Source: a virus. From it: a DNA stretch of 64,000 nucleotides. The DNA is taken from the IMG/VR virus record IMGVR_UViG_3300046010_015054, positions 1 to 64,000 of that record; one strand, given 5' to 3'. The position numbers and the translations under genes are program-made. This document shows positions 16,988 to 26,567 of this stretch, one piece after another; the first letter of the stretch is position 1; the number at the start of each line of letters is the position of its first letter. The notes below the pieces were generated by a model, which did not search any database, was not told the DNA's origin, and was given only the letters and a program-made list of their open reading frames with translations.

Positions 16988-17319
16988 AGTTCGTATACTG
17001 AATTATTTGTTCTAAATTTAAGATAATTTTCTCGAACTTCCAACACCTCTGTCAAAGAAGTTGTTTGCCAGGTAAAGAATTGATTGAATGGAGACATAAT
17101 CAAAGAACGTCCAACAGCAGGTTCATCGTGTCTTGCTTGAAAACGACCTTCCTCATTCCATTCAACCCACATTACTTCTTTAGATTGATTTTCTAGTCCG
17201 TCTCGTTCACGAACTAATTTCCAATTGAATTCGTTTTCAATCACTCCTTGTTCCAGAGCAACCTTCATAACATTATCTTCTAATGTCATTGGGATTTTAG
17301 TTTGTTTGAGTTTGCTCAT
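16963..17319 (-). CDS. hypothetical phage protein
   Basis: TWQTT...F.T.NSVYEL; ATG in junction repeat copy 4. Confidence 0.7.
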   Translation of the reverse strand: MSKLKQTKIPMTLEDNVMKVALEQGVIENEFNWKLVRERDGLENQSKEVMWVEWNEEGRFQARHDEPAVGRSLIMSPFNQFFTWQTTSLTEVLEVRENYLKFRTNNSVYELWKLNASD

Positions 17320-17582
17320 TTCTCTTTGGAGTTAATTTGATTTTTGACATAAGAAATTTTCTCATCTTCGGTCAAATCGGTAAAAAATTGAACTGCTATT
17401 GCTTTTCCAAATAATACTTTTCTAGCCATTACAAATCGGTCTTTAAGCGTAGTGTATTTCTTGTCATAATTAAGAGGTTTAGCAATTTGCCACCCTTCAA
17501 GCATTTTACCTTCAATCACTACTGATGCCTGTTCTTTTACTGATTGGTCTTTTACCAATTCATCAATTAAGATTGTTTTCAT
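17316..17582 (-). CDS. hypothetical protein
   Basis: Start moved to MKTILIDE in junction repeat copy 5. Confidence 0.7.
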   Translation of the reverse strand: MKTILIDELVKDQSVKEQASVVIEGKMLEGWQIAKPLNYDKKYTTLKDRFVMARKVLFGKAIAVQFFTDLTEDEKISYVKNQINSKEK

Positions 17583-17769
17583 TTCTCTTTGGCGTTGAAG
17601 GTTAATATTGCAAAGAATCCAAAGAAGAACGATGTTATTACCCATCTGTAATCTTCAATAGGTGTGTTAAATTTGAATTGAGAAGCAGCATATGCTCCTA
17701 TCATAAACATACCTAAGTAACTTAATATTGCGCTAAGTGTCTTTTTCATTTCTCTTTGGTGTTAAAGTT
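17317..17769 (-). repeat. junction repeat cluster 2 (3 copies: 17317-17340, 17580-17603, 17747-17769)
   Basis: TTAACTCCAAAGAGAAATG / AACCTTCAACGCCAAAGAGAAATG / AACTTTAACACCAAAGAGAAATG. Confidence 0.85.
17579..17749 (-). CDS. small two-helix membrane protein (56 aa)
   Basis: Read by hand: MKKTLSAILSYLGMF...FFAILTFNAKEK; bounded by repeat copies 6 and 5. Confidence 0.65.
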   Translation of the reverse strand: MKKTLSAILSYLGMFMIGAYAASQFKFNTPIEDYRWVITSFFFGFFAILTFNAKEK

Positions 17770-18019
17770 CCTGAATCTGACCCAAGTACTTAGTTACATC
17801 ATCTTCAGTCAAATATCCAAGTACATCATCAGTAATAGGAGTATCATAGCAAATAGCATCATCTTTTATAACTGCTAATTCGTATAAACCCTGATTACCT
17901 CCGTAGCTGTACGGAGATTTAATAACACTAGCACCGTACCCGTTATCAAAATTGATACGTGCTTGAATACCTACATCAAATTGCATAGGTTGAAAATCTA
18001 AGTCATTAAATGTTTTCAT
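17762..18019 (-). CDS. conserved phage hypothetical protein
   Basis: [10 protein letters not shown]...SYGG..GLYELAV; start at MKTFND. Confidence 0.75.
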   Translation of the reverse strand: MKTFNDLDFQPMQFDVGIQARINFDNGYGASVIKSPYSYGGNQGLYELAVIKDDAICYDTPITDDVLGYLTEDDVTKYLGQIQEL

Positions 18020-18647
18020 CTTCTTCTTTATTTTGTAATTTTTCCAATTGTTCTTCAAGGTGTTTGATGCCAGTGAAAATAATTTTAGCATCTGGGTCAG
18101 GCTCGTACATAGCAATATCTCGCATTAGCTTAGCTCTGTAACCTTCCTTATAATATCCTTGTTCAATCCAACTTGCTAAATTATGTAGGTGTTCAGGTCC
18201 TGAAATTGAAATACGTAAATCGTAATCACACCATTTAGTTTTCCAATCCCAAAACATAATACCTTTAGTTAGTTTTCGGTGTAGATCACTTAACCTGCGA
18301 TTACGAACACGAACTAATGATTTATCGTTTCCAAACACGTGTAGGAAACGTAGAAACCATCTTGGACACCACCAAGGTTTTGCTTCATAATCCATTGCTA
18401 ATACAAGCGGTAACAATGCATTACAGTAAGTCTCAGAGGTATAATGAAGTGAGATGTTCAAATATCCATACTTCTCTGTTTTGCGTGGAAATAAGATGTA
18501 ACGTAAATCACTCCATTCTAAATTACGAGTGGTAATATACTTTTTCTTACGACCTTTCCAAAATAGGATAGTATACTTTAAATCTTCCAATCGCTCTTTA
18601 AGCGTTGGTTTAGGTAGTGGAGTAAAAAATTTACTATTTTTGTTCAT
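18006..18647 (-). CDS. hypothetical protein
   Basis: 213-aa ORF. Confidence 0.75.
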   Translation of the reverse strand: MNKNSKFFTPLPKPTLKERLEDLKYTILFWKGRKKKYITTRNLEWSDLRYILFPRKTEKYGYLNISLHYTSETYCNALLPLVLAMDYEAKPWWCPRWFLRFLHVFGNDKSLVRVRNRRLSDLHRKLTKGIMFWDWKTKWCDYDLRISISGPEHLHNLASWIEQGYYKEGYRAKLMRDIAMYEPDPDAKIIFTGIKHLEEQLEKLQNKEEDENI

Positions 18648-18649
18648 AA

Positions 18650-19345
18650 CTAAATAAATTCTAATTCGTTTGTTTCAGGATCCCAATCAATAGTAATTGG
18701 TTTGTTAGCGTATTTGTATTTTTCATTCAATACAGCAGCATTAATGAAGTGTGTGCCTTCGTGGAACTTATAACCATAACCTGAATGAATGTGTCCAAAC
18801 ACGTGAATTTTAGGTTTTAATTCATCTACTCGAACACGAAGCAATTCACAACCTACATTCAAGTTACCATAAGGGGTAACATCACAATGACCAAATGGAG
18901 GACCGTGAGTAACTAAAATGTCAGTATCGTTTGGAATATCTTTCCATTTCAATTCCAACTCCCAACCATTTCGAGGCAAATTAAAAGCCCAATCGTAAAA
19001 TTCTGGTTGCCAAGGTGAACCATAAATTTTTACTTCATCAATAACGTGAGACTGATCTTGTAGGTAAATTAACCCACCACTATAGGCATTCATCAACTCC
19101 ATAGCTAAATTAGGATAATCTTCAAACAATCGATCGTGATTACCAGCAATAAACACTCGGTGTTTGTAGTCCATTGTAAGCAATGAACTATACCAATTTA
19201 CAAAATCAGCTACGTCTTGTGACTCATAACCTGAATTCATAAAATCACCAGCGTGAATGATCAAATCACCACCAGGAAGATCTTTATTGATTTCCCTATG
19301 TTTAGTGTGAGTGTCACTGATGAAGGTGATTTTCATTTCATTCAA
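18650..19345 (-). CDS. calcineurin-like metallophosphoesterase
   Basis: SDTH, HAGD, GNHD, THGPP, FGHIH. Confidence 0.92.
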   Translation of the reverse strand: MNEMKITFISDTHTKHREINKDLPGGDLIIHAGDFMNSGYESQDVADFVNWYSSLLTMDYKHRVFIAGNHDRLFEDYPNLAMELMNAYSGGLIYLQDQSHVIDEVKIYGSPWQPEFYDWAFNLPRNGWELELKWKDIPNDTDILVTHGPPFGHCDVTPYGNLNVGCELLRVRVDELKPKIHVFGHIHSGYGYKFHEGTHFINAAVLNEKYKYANKPITIDWDPETNELEFI

Positions 19346-19898
19346 ATTTAGACTTCAATTTTTCAGCTAAAGCTTTAACTTTCAAAATGTAATTAGGATC
19401 TTCTGCGTAACCCAATTGAGCTAACAAGTTGTAGTACTCTTCATCACTATTAACTTTAGCTAAACCTTGGTAAGCTTGATAGTAACCATAATCTTCAACT
19501 GATGATTCCCACTTATCGTAATAGGCGTGACCACGCTTAATACCTAAGCTAGTAGTTGGCCTAATTCTAGCTTTCTTCATACCAAACAGATTGTGGTTCT
19601 GTTTAAAAATGGCTGAAGTAAAGTTACCGGTCTCAATTTTAGTTTGAGCTAGTACAATATAGGGTTTATTTATATTCTTAGACTTTAGTTCTTTAACTAA
19701 TTGATCTTCACTAAAGTACTTTTGATCTAAATATATAATAAACTCTCTTTCGTGTTCTGTAAGCGAATTAACCGCCTTATAACGGCCAACCATATACGAA
19801 ACACCACCAATGGCGACTGCAAGAAGCGCGTTTGTTATAAAAAAACGGCTGTTTACTCGCTTAAATACGAGTTCCTTTTTGTTGTAAATGTAAAACAT
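19338..19898 (-). CDS. GH73/glucosaminidase-like peptidoglycan hydrolase with N-terminal membrane anchor
   Basis: AQ..IETG, NLFGMK, YAEDPNY; hydrophobic segment at residues ~19-37. Confidence 0.8.
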   Translation of the reverse strand: MFYIYNKKELVFKRVNSRFFITNALLAVAIGGVSYMVGRYKAVNSLTEHEREFIIYLDQKYFSEDQLVKELKSKNINKPYIVLAQTKIETGNFTSAIFKQNHNLFGMKKARIRPTTSLGIKRGHAYYDKWESSVEDYGYYQAYQGLAKVNSDEEYYNLLAQLGYAEDPNYILKVKALAEKLKSKFE

Positions 19899-19903
19899 AA
19901 CTT

Positions 19904-20050
19904 TTATTTAAAAGTGAAACGAACACGATTAGCCCAAGCATTTTCATACTCTTGCTCATCCAACATACTTTGGATTACCTCTTCTCTGGTACGACCCATT
20001 GCTTTCAGCTCTTCGTCTGTAAACAGGGCGCTTATTTCTTCTCTTGTCAT
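19904..20050 (-). CDS. small hypothetical protein (48 aa)
   Basis: Read by hand: MTREEISALFTDEELK...; promoter and GGTTATG leader upstream. Confidence 0.55.
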   Translation of the reverse strand: MTREEISALFTDEELKAMGRTREEVIQSMLDEQEYENAWANRVRFTFK

Positions 20051-20080
20051 AACCTTTTTCTTTTGATTAAATATACGAAT

Positions 20081-20293
20081 CTACTTTACGATATCCAACA
20101 TTTCGTCAGCACTTATCTCGTATATCTCGTATAATTGAGTTTCAATCATAGTACTTGTCAATTGAATCTGATTGATAACATCATACACCTTTTGACTGTA
20201 CTTAATTTTATTGTCGTTGATTTGTTCAGCAAGTATATTGATTTGTTGTACATTAAGTTTCAACAACTCAATCAATAATTCCTTCTCTGTCAT
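20081..20293 (-). CDS. hypothetical protein
   Basis: 70-aa ORF. Confidence 0.6.
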   Translation of the reverse strand: MTEKELLIELLKLNVQQINILAEQINDNKIKYSQKVYDVINQIQLTSTMIETQLYEIYEISADEMLDIVK

Positions 20294-20331
20294 AACTTTA
20301 ATAGTTAAAATAATTTAAAAAAAGGAGGGGT

Positions 20332-20592
20332 TTAAAACCCCCCCAAATGAGCTTTAAATTCAGCCATCTCTTCATTGTACTGCTTCTTCATTCTCTCTTC
20401 CATTCGAAGTACATCTTTACAATCCATCAGGTACTCCTTCATTGCATTCAGCTTAGCATCCATTTGCTCTGGGCTGAGAAAATTCTTTTCAATGTGCAGA
20501 TCTGAAAGATTTGAAATAGTGCGCTGCAAAACGTCTTGGATATCAAAACCAAACATTTCGTTGTGCTTTTGTGCGAATTCGTTCTTGTTCAT
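20332..20592 (-). CDS. hypothetical protein
   Basis: 86-aa ORF, AGGTTATG leader. Confidence 0.7.
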   Translation of the reverse strand: MNKNEFAQKHNEMFGFDIQDVLQRTISNLSDLHIEKNFLSPEQMDAKLNAMKEYLMDCKDVLRMEERMKKQYNEEMAEFKAHLGGF

Positions 20593-20629
20593 AACCTTGA
20601 TTTTTAATTTAACGTGGTAAATGTACGAT

Positions 20630-20663
20630 AAAAAAATCGGGACGCCACATTTAGCGTCCCGAT
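20630..20663 (-). terminator. intrinsic terminator overlapping a promoter -33 element
   Basis: ATCGGGACGC/GCGTCCCGAT 10-bp stem followed by a T-run on the minus strand. Confidence 0.75.
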
Positions 20664-20689
20664 CTTTAACCGAAAGATACCTCTTTTTA

Positions 20690-21058
20690 CTACAACATCC
20701 ACAAAAGTTGTTTAGCTGTGTTCTCCCTATCCAAAGAATAGATCCTAAATTCCCCGATTCCGGAACAATACTCCTTCATCGAAAAGTCTTTAGCTCCCCA
20801 CTTCTCTAATACTTTCTTCTCCACCATTCGAGCTTTTCCCTGCGTAATTGAGGTCACCTGCCCTAAAATAGTAACTTTCCCGAATAGTTCTTTCCAGGCC
20901 ACTGAATCATTATCAATCCGTCCTTCAAGTCTGGTATTATTTCTAATACGCGTTTCAGCGTTTTCCTTAGAAATACCAATCTTGATGAGGGGATTTTTAG
21001 TTGATAGCATACCACCTTTATACTCCTCAAATTTTAATAAGTATATACAATAGTTCAT
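20690..21058 (-). CDS. GIY-YIG-like protein
   Basis: CIYLLK...IKIGIS..R, E..VL, GIGEF. Confidence 0.5.
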   Translation of the reverse strand: MNYCIYLLKFEEYKGGMLSTKNPLIKIGISKENAETRIRNNTRLEGRIDNDSVAWKELFGKVTILGQVTSITQGKARMVEKKVLEKWGAKDFSMKEYCSGIGEFRIYSLDRENTAKQLLWML

Positions 21059-21203
21059 TTCTCATCGAATTTACCGAACATTGCTTTTCCAAAACAAGTC
21101 CCAAAAAGAAAAAAGAATCCTACATTCCAAGGGTAATCTAATATCACTCCTATACACCAAAAGGTAAAACCTAATAGTGCCCATCCGTGGCGAGTTAATT
21201 GTA

Positions 21204-21443
21204 TCATTTATTACGTGCTTTATCGTGTTGGTGCTCGCATTTTGGGCTACAAAAATATTCGCTGCCGTCTTTGATTTGGTATTCTTTATTACACCATCTA
21301 CATTCGTTAAACCAAGAGTAGATCATTTTTCTATACTCTTCTTGTGCTTCTCTTTTTAAGCGTTCTTGTTCTTCTTGTGTGTCGCGGTAAATCCAATAAA
21401 GGATCCAAATCACGATTCCGATAAGTGCAATTATCCCATACAT
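21204..21443 (-). CDS. membrane-anchored protein with Zn-finger (CxxC...FCSxxC)
   Basis: N-terminal TM helix; CRWC and YFCSPKC. Confidence 0.65.
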   Translation of the reverse strand: MYGIIALIGIVIWILYWIYRDTQEEQERLKREAQEEYRKMIYSWFNECRWCNKEYQIKDGSEYFCSPKCEHQHDKARNK

Positions 21444-21757
21444 AATTTATTGTGTTTTTTGAGGGGTGGGTTGTATATACGGATATTAATATAAATGTAT
21501 TGTAGTTAAAAAGCTTTTAGTTAACTTCTTTTACAAAATCAATAAACTCTTTTAACGCTTGATGCCTTGGAAGTTGTTCTTCTAATTCAAAAGGATCGGC
21601 ATAACTCTCTAAATCATTTAGATAAAGCTTTGCTTGCTTTTCTAACCATTTAATTTGCTCGTTTGCATTCATAACTTTAATTTTTAAAACTTTTTCTAAA
21701 TGTATGAAATGTTTTTTAAATTTCCAAATATATCTTTATATATTACGTTTTTGACTA

Positions 21758-21790
21758 TTTGGTTACTTAAAGATGACGACGTATATTTAT
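21758..21790 (+). promoter_or_regulatory. promoter for the plus-strand lipoprotein gene
   Basis: TTTGG-N17-CGTATATTTA on the plus strand. Confidence 0.65.
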
Positions 21791-21824
21791 AGCAAATTTA
21801 AATTAACCCTTAAAAACCATTAAC

Positions 21825-22028
21825 ATGAAAAAATTACTTTTAATTGGGGTTGCGTTGGTTATGGCTTCTTGCTCTACTTCAGACTATGCTGTTCACAGCA
21901 TTAAAGAAACACCTAAAACCACTCGTCAAGCATTAATATATGATGATCACGTAGTTATTGTTACTAAAACTAGATTTACTTTAGAAGAGTATAGACAGTT
22001 AGTAGCAGTTACAGAAAATAATAAATAA
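21825..22028 (+). CDS. small lipoprotein (only clear plus-strand gene)
   Basis: MKKLLLIGVALVMAS-C lipobox; own promoter and terminator. Confidence 0.8.
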   Translation: MKKLLLIGVALVMASCSTSDYAVHSIKETPKTTRQALIYDDHVVIVTKTRFTLEEYRQLVAVTENNK

Positions 22029-22058
22029 AAAAGGGCGCTTTAAGCGCCCAATTTTTTT
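22028..22058. terminator. bidirectional intrinsic terminator
   Basis: AAAAA-GGGCGC-TTTAA-GCGCCC-AATTTTTTT between convergent genes. Confidence 0.75.
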
Positions 22059-22252
22059 CTTAATACTTTATGGGTGTGTTCATAACTCACCAACATGTTA
22101 TAGTAATCTATAATTTTATATTTATCTTTTATAAAATCTTGATAACTTGTTTTGGATGCCATACTTCTCCAAAATTTAAGTTTTAAATTAAGTGGAAGTT
22201 TTTCAAACCAATCTAAAATTTCATTATCACTCAATGAATCTACATTCTTCAT
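22040..22252 (-). CDS. hypothetical protein
   Basis: 70-aa ORF. Confidence 0.6.
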   Translation of the reverse strand: MKNVDSLSDNEILDWFEKLPLNLKLKFWRSMASKTSYQDFIKDKYKIIDYYNMLVSYEHTHKVLRKKLGA

Positions 22253-22469
22253 AGCGACATATTAGATCGGCATTTTTAGAGGTTACATCAACAAAGACAA
22301 CACTTTTAAATGGTATTTCTTCTTCCGATACTCTCCATTCTACATTTTTGCCCTTTTCAAGCCAGTAATCTACTTTAAGAGCATTACATCTGTCTTGAGC
22401 TTGTTCTTCAGTTGGGTAAGCAGAATCAATATTCTCGAACCAATCGAAAACTACAAATATTGTTTTCAT
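22227..22469 (-). CDS. hypothetical protein
   Basis: Start at MKTIFVV. Confidence 0.6.
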   Translation of the reverse strand: MKTIFVVFDWFENIDSAYPTEEQAQDRCNALKVDYWLEKGKNVEWRVSEEEIPFKSVVFVDVTSKNADLICRYEECRFIE

Positions 22470-22601
22470 ACTACACAACCATTTACAAACTTCAAAACCC
22501 TTCCGCTAGCTATACCTTTGGTATTTAAACGTACAGCCCACTTTATATCTCCATCTTTATGAATTACTTGATATCGTTCATTATTATGGAGGAGGTACTC
22601 G

Positions 22602-22805
22602 TTATAAACTTTCTGTTTGAATTGTATCCTCTTCATATTCAAAATTATTTCTAAAAGGATAATTTTTGTAGTGGCCTCTAATGCTTGCTAATTTTTCTTC
22701 AGCATCAGCACTAGCAACAATACTTCCAAATCTATACAAAACAAAACGTTTTTTTTCTTTAACAATAGTTAGATTAGCTCGACTACCTGTTTTACCAGAA
22801 CTCAT
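22602..22805 (-). CDS. hypothetical protein
   Basis: 67-aa ORF, ATGA overlap. Confidence 0.6.
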   Translation of the reverse strand: MSSGKTGSRANLTIVKEKKRFVLYRFGSIVASADAEEKLASIRGHYKNYPFRNNFEYEEDTIQTESL

Positions 22806-23041
22806 ACTGCAACTTTAAATTTATGGGTGTATTTTTTTAAACGTAAACGACGGAAAGGGTCATATGGTGTTCTACCAACAAAAACACCTGAGTCAAAATA
22901 AAAATTAATTTGATCTGTAGGGCAATTGTTTTGAAAACATTGATGAATCTCCCTGATATATTCTATATCATCTGGGAAATTCATTTTAATGGAGCTTATT
23001 TTTCGCCCGCTTCGGATTTGTTCAATTGTGACTTGTTTCAT
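22802..23041 (-). CDS. hypothetical protein
   Basis: 79-aa ORF with promoter and AGGTTATG leader. Confidence 0.65.
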   Translation of the reverse strand: MKQVTIEQIRSGRKISSIKMNFPDDIEYIREIHQCFQNNCPTDQINFYFDSGVFVGRTPYDPFRRLRLKKYTHKFKVAV

Positions 23042-23116
23042 AACCTTAACTTTGGATAAAATTATGAATAAATCATAACATAACCAAATATTTTTTTAAC
23101 CGAAAAATACCTAGGA

Positions 23117-23566
23117 TTATTTACCTATAAACTTATTCCATTTAGCTTTGTAAGATTCTGTTACTTCTTCACTTCCTTGGAATAACATACCTTCTAAAGC
23201 ATCTATCATTTGTCGCTTGCCGTAGACCTTAATACGATCCCATTTATTAATATTTGGGTTATAGAAGTAAGCAAAGTCAGCACCATATGAATCTACTAAA
23301 TCAGCTACATCTTCAACTGCATCTTGTGGATCCATTTTATTCAAGTCTACCTTATCTGCAGTGTCTTGTCTATTAGCTTCAATTTCTCCAGTATCAGCAT
23401 TAACATAGCTAATATAACCTCTATTAGCAATTTCTTTTGCTTTTTCAGGTTCATTATAAAAAGTTTCTAATGCCTTACCTAAATTTTCAGGATAACCATC
23501 ATAATGGTTGTAAGTTGTAGTTAGAACTCCATCTTCAAGGTATCCAATCAATGCACGTGTTGCCAT
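23117..23566 (-). CDS. conserved phage hypothetical protein
   Basis: MATRALIG...YNHYDGYPE..G motif. Confidence 0.75.
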   Translation of the reverse strand: MATRALIGYLEDGVLTTTYNHYDGYPENLGKALETFYNEPEKAKEIANRGYISYVNADTGEIEANRQDTADKVDLNKMDPQDAVEDVADLVDSYGADFAYFYNPNINKWDRIKVYGKRQMIDALEGMLFQGSEEVTESYKAKWNKFIGK

Positions 23567-23700
23567 AGCTTAATAATTTATGTTAATAAATATATAAGAA
23601 AAACTCATCTTACTTTTCAGGTGCAGGATTTGGTAATTTATCTGCCCATTGATTAAAATCTCGTTTACCACCCCAATTTGGAGGGTAAACAGCACGTACA

Positions 23701-23994
23701 TTAATAGTATCTTGGATTGACCGGCACTTTGTCTCTGGGGTCTCCTTCAAGTGTGTAAACAAAATTGTTTGTTCCTTGCGGTTCCACTGTAACGTTTGTT
23801 TTAAAAAGGTAAATAGGTCCTTCATAACTGCGATAAATTAATTGGTTGTTTTCATCAATGTCTGTAGAGATACGGCGTTCACCATCAAAACTACGGAATT
23901 GGCGAGCCGTAACTCTGTACCAACTGTCTTTAATTTTTACCTCACAACATTTGTAGGGTTCAAAATCGTATTTTAACGTAACCGTTTTAGCCAT
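23701..23994 (-). CDS. hypothetical protein
   Basis: Start at MAKTV; WYRVT.R.FRSFDGERRI. Confidence 0.65.
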   Translation of the reverse strand: MAKTVTLKYDFEPYKCCEVKIKDSWYRVTARQFRSFDGERRISTDIDENNQLIYRSYEGPIYLFKTNVTVEPQGTNNFVYTLEGDPRDKVPVNPRYY

Positions 23995-24038
23995 AACTCT
24001 TTTTTGTAAATGTATAAACAATTCTTCAGATCACCACA

Positions 24039-24284
24039 TCAATCGGCAAGAAGAAGATCATTGTTTTCTAAGGTGTACCAAAAACGTTCTAACCATAATC
24101 CGATCCGAACGTTATCAACAATATCGTCTACACTTAAATGATTTGCATAGCGATGTTGAGCGACTAATAAAATGCCCAAGTCACATAAATCTCGAGCCAA
24201 GTCTCTATTACCTTCTTTTATTGCTTTTCTAGCTTTGTCGTAGGTTTTTGAAACTGATCCTTTGCATAATTCACGAGTGTACAT
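24039..24284 (-). CDS. hypothetical protein
   Basis: 81-aa ORF. Confidence 0.65.
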   Translation of the reverse strand: MYTRELCKGSVSKTYDKARKAIKEGNRDLARDLCDLGILLVAQHRYANHLSVDDIVDNVRIGLWLERFWYTLENNDLLLAD

Positions 24285-24546
24285 TAGGTTAGGTTAGGTG
24301 TTAGGGTAGTAATATTTACTATTTAATTATTTATTGTATTTATACAATAAATTTACGATAAAAACTTTGCTTTTCCAAGCAGTTCATATCACGTAATTAT
24401 TACTTAACCTTTTAAAATTTGTTTGGTAGCGTTTTTGGCATTATCAAGATCTTTTTTAATATCAGTGATTGCATGCCTAATTTTCCTTACTTCAATATAT
24501 AGAAGAACTATACATGAAATTGAAAATCCAAAGAAAAAATATTCCA

Positions 24547-24705
24547 TTATTTATTTTTAGATTTAATTTTGTAATAAGCCATAAAATACCTATCCTTTAA
24601 ATCCATTTCTGGATTTGATTTTTTAAGTGTTTGGGCTTCATTCATAACATCTTCATAGTAGCCTTTTTTATGGGCTTTAAGTAACAATTCTTCAACATCA
24701 TTCAT
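24547..24705 (-). CDS. small hypothetical protein
   Basis: Start at MNDVEE. Confidence 0.55.
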   Translation of the reverse strand: MNDVEELLLKAHKKGYYEDVMNEAQTLKKSNPEMDLKDRYFMAYYKIKSKNK

Positions 24706-24928
24706 CTTCGTCAGAAAAACCTTCAATTGTATTATAATAAGCGTCAAATATGCTCTCTATTTCCGAAAATGTTTCTTCATTTTCTACTTCAAAGCCGTTT
24801 TGATCCGTAATACATATTAATTCTTCATCTAGGTTTGTGTGATCTAGCTCTAAGTCTACTTTATAATGTTGTTCGTCGTTGTGATTATATACCAAAAAAG
24901 ATTTTGTAGTAGACGTATGAATAACCAT
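24698..24928 (-). CDS. small acidic hypothetical protein
   Basis: 76-aa ORF. Confidence 0.6.
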   Translation of the reverse strand: MVIHTSTTKSFLVYNHNDEQHYKVDLELDHTNLDEELICITDQNGFEVENEETFSEIESIFDAYYNTIEGFSDEDE

Positions 24929-25111
24929 ATTAATTAAGATTAAGATTTATTTTTCTATTATTTTCTATTATTAATTCTAAAGCTGCTTCAAGACCATGGA
25001 CATAACCATTATCAAACACTACTTCACCATCAGTGTAGTCTCTAGAAGGATTTAACATTTCTAGTTTATGTTCTTGAATAGCTTCTTCTAATTCTTGTAT
25101 TATATTCATTT

Positions 25112-25759
25112 TTATCCTACATTAAAGGCTATTGCTATTCTAGGTTCAGATACGGGATTTTCTAACACCATATGTCTAAACCATAAAGGAAAAATATTAT
25201 ATAAACCTACTTCAGGTCTAGAAAATATAAAATCCCAAGTATAAGGATTATTACTATCTACTACAGGAAATTTTTGTAAAAGTCTTTCAGTTACTGGGTC
25301 TTCGAATTCTAAAGCTGAAGTACCTGCAGGAGCTGTTAGATACATCACACCGCTAAATACGCAATCATAATGGGTATGACTTTTATGATAACCTCCTTTA
25401 TCTAGAGCATTAGCTAGTAAAAATACATTATTTTTCAATCCACGTCTGTGAAATCCTTGTTTTTCAAGGAATGTACAACCTAACTCATATACCCATTCTT
25501 TCATTTCTTTAAACTCAGGTATATCTACTAAATTAAAATCTGGGATATTGTGAGTTGTTCTTCCTCTGGGGAAGAAATCAGGATTGCAAGTTCTAGGGTC
25601 ACTAAGTAAATCTTGAACAATAGGTAAATATTTTTGAGCTAATTCTAAATTATAACCCCAACCAAGAGGTACAGCAAAATGCCCATCTACATTCATTTCA
25701 ATTTTTTTTGTTTGAGGAATTTCATTTCTAAAATCTCCTCCAATTTGACCTTTTTTCAT
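25112..25759 (-). CDS. 2OG-Fe(II) oxygenase (TIGR02466-like)
   Basis: HKSHTH, FSGVMY, F.DP, IFPLWFRHMV, RIAIAFN. Confidence 0.8.
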   Translation of the reverse strand: MKKGQIGGDFRNEIPQTKKIEMNVDGHFAVPLGWGYNLELAQKYLPIVQDLLSDPRTCNPDFFPRGRTTHNIPDFNLVDIPEFKEMKEWVYELGCTFLEKQGFHRRGLKNNVFLLANALDKGGYHKSHTHYDCVFSGVMYLTAPAGTSALEFEDPVTERLLQKFPVVDSNNPYTWDFIFSRPEVGLYNIFPLWFRHMVLENPVSEPRIAIAFNVG

Positions 25760-25760
25760 A

Positions 25761-26567
25761 TTAAACATACCAAGCTGTAAAAGCTATTCTTTTATTTTTA
25801 ACACCCTTAACTACTTCACTTACAAAATGTGGTGCTCCTCCTACTACATTAAACATAGTTAAAGTATTAAAAGGAGGATTTACTGCTTTAGTAACTACCT
25901 CATTACCCCATTCTGTTTTCATAAAAACGCCTCCGTAGTAAGGTTTCCAATCTTTAGATAAATGATATACCATAGCTACTCTACCATTATCACCATCAGT
26001 ATGAGGTCCATTATAATGACCTTCTTCATAACAAGATACAAAACTATATTCTGGTATATATTCTAAATTTTTAAAACCTGTTAAATTTTCTATTATTTTT
26101 ATAAATTTATTAGAACTAAACCATTTTAAATAAGGATGAAAATCATTTGTTCTTCTATAAACATAAGCAAATTGATTATTTGCAATAGCTTCTCTGGCAA
26201 ATTCTAATCTATGAGGTAAAGTTGGGTCATCATCTTTAGTTAAAAACATATGGTAATAACCTTCTTCTGTTAATGGGTTTCCATCTTCAACTTCACCATA
26301 ATTAAAGTAAGGATCAGGATGTACAACTAAATCCCAATCATCTTTATGTTTATCATAATAGTAACTATGTAAAATACTAGCTATATCCTCAGGAAAAAAT
26401 TCATCCCAATTAAAAACACTATTATTAACCCAACTTCTTTGAAGAGATTTTAATTTTGGGGCACTAACACTAAATTGGAACTGATAAGGGATTTTAGAGG
26501 GTTCAATTTCATTTGGCAAAGAATTGCTAAAATCTTGACCTATTTGTCCTTTTTTTGAGTAGTCCAT
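25761..26567 (-). CDS. 2OG-Fe(II) oxygenase (prolyl-hydroxylase-like)
   Basis: Y..GHY.GPHTD, YHL..W...YGG, PPFNTL, HFVSEV, RIAFTAWY. Confidence 0.85.
   Translation of the reverse strand: MDYSKKGQIGQDFSNSLPNEIEPSKIPYQFQFSVSAPKLKSLQRSWVNNSVFNWDEFFPEDIASILHSYYYDKHKDDWDLVVHPDPYFNYGEVEDGNPLTEEGYYHMFLTKDDDPTLPHRLEFAREAIANNQFAYVYRRTNDFHPYLKWFSSNKFIKIIENLTGFKNLEYIPEYSFVSCYEEGHYNGPHTDGDNGRVAMVYHLSKDWKPYYGGVFMKTEWGNEVVTKAVNPPFNTLTMFNVVGGAPHFVSEVVKGVKNKRIAFTAWYV

Noticed and set aside
12682-17769. CRISPR array
   Set aside because: Repeats are degenerate, separated by whole genes of 170-260 bp and contain start codons; no cas operon.
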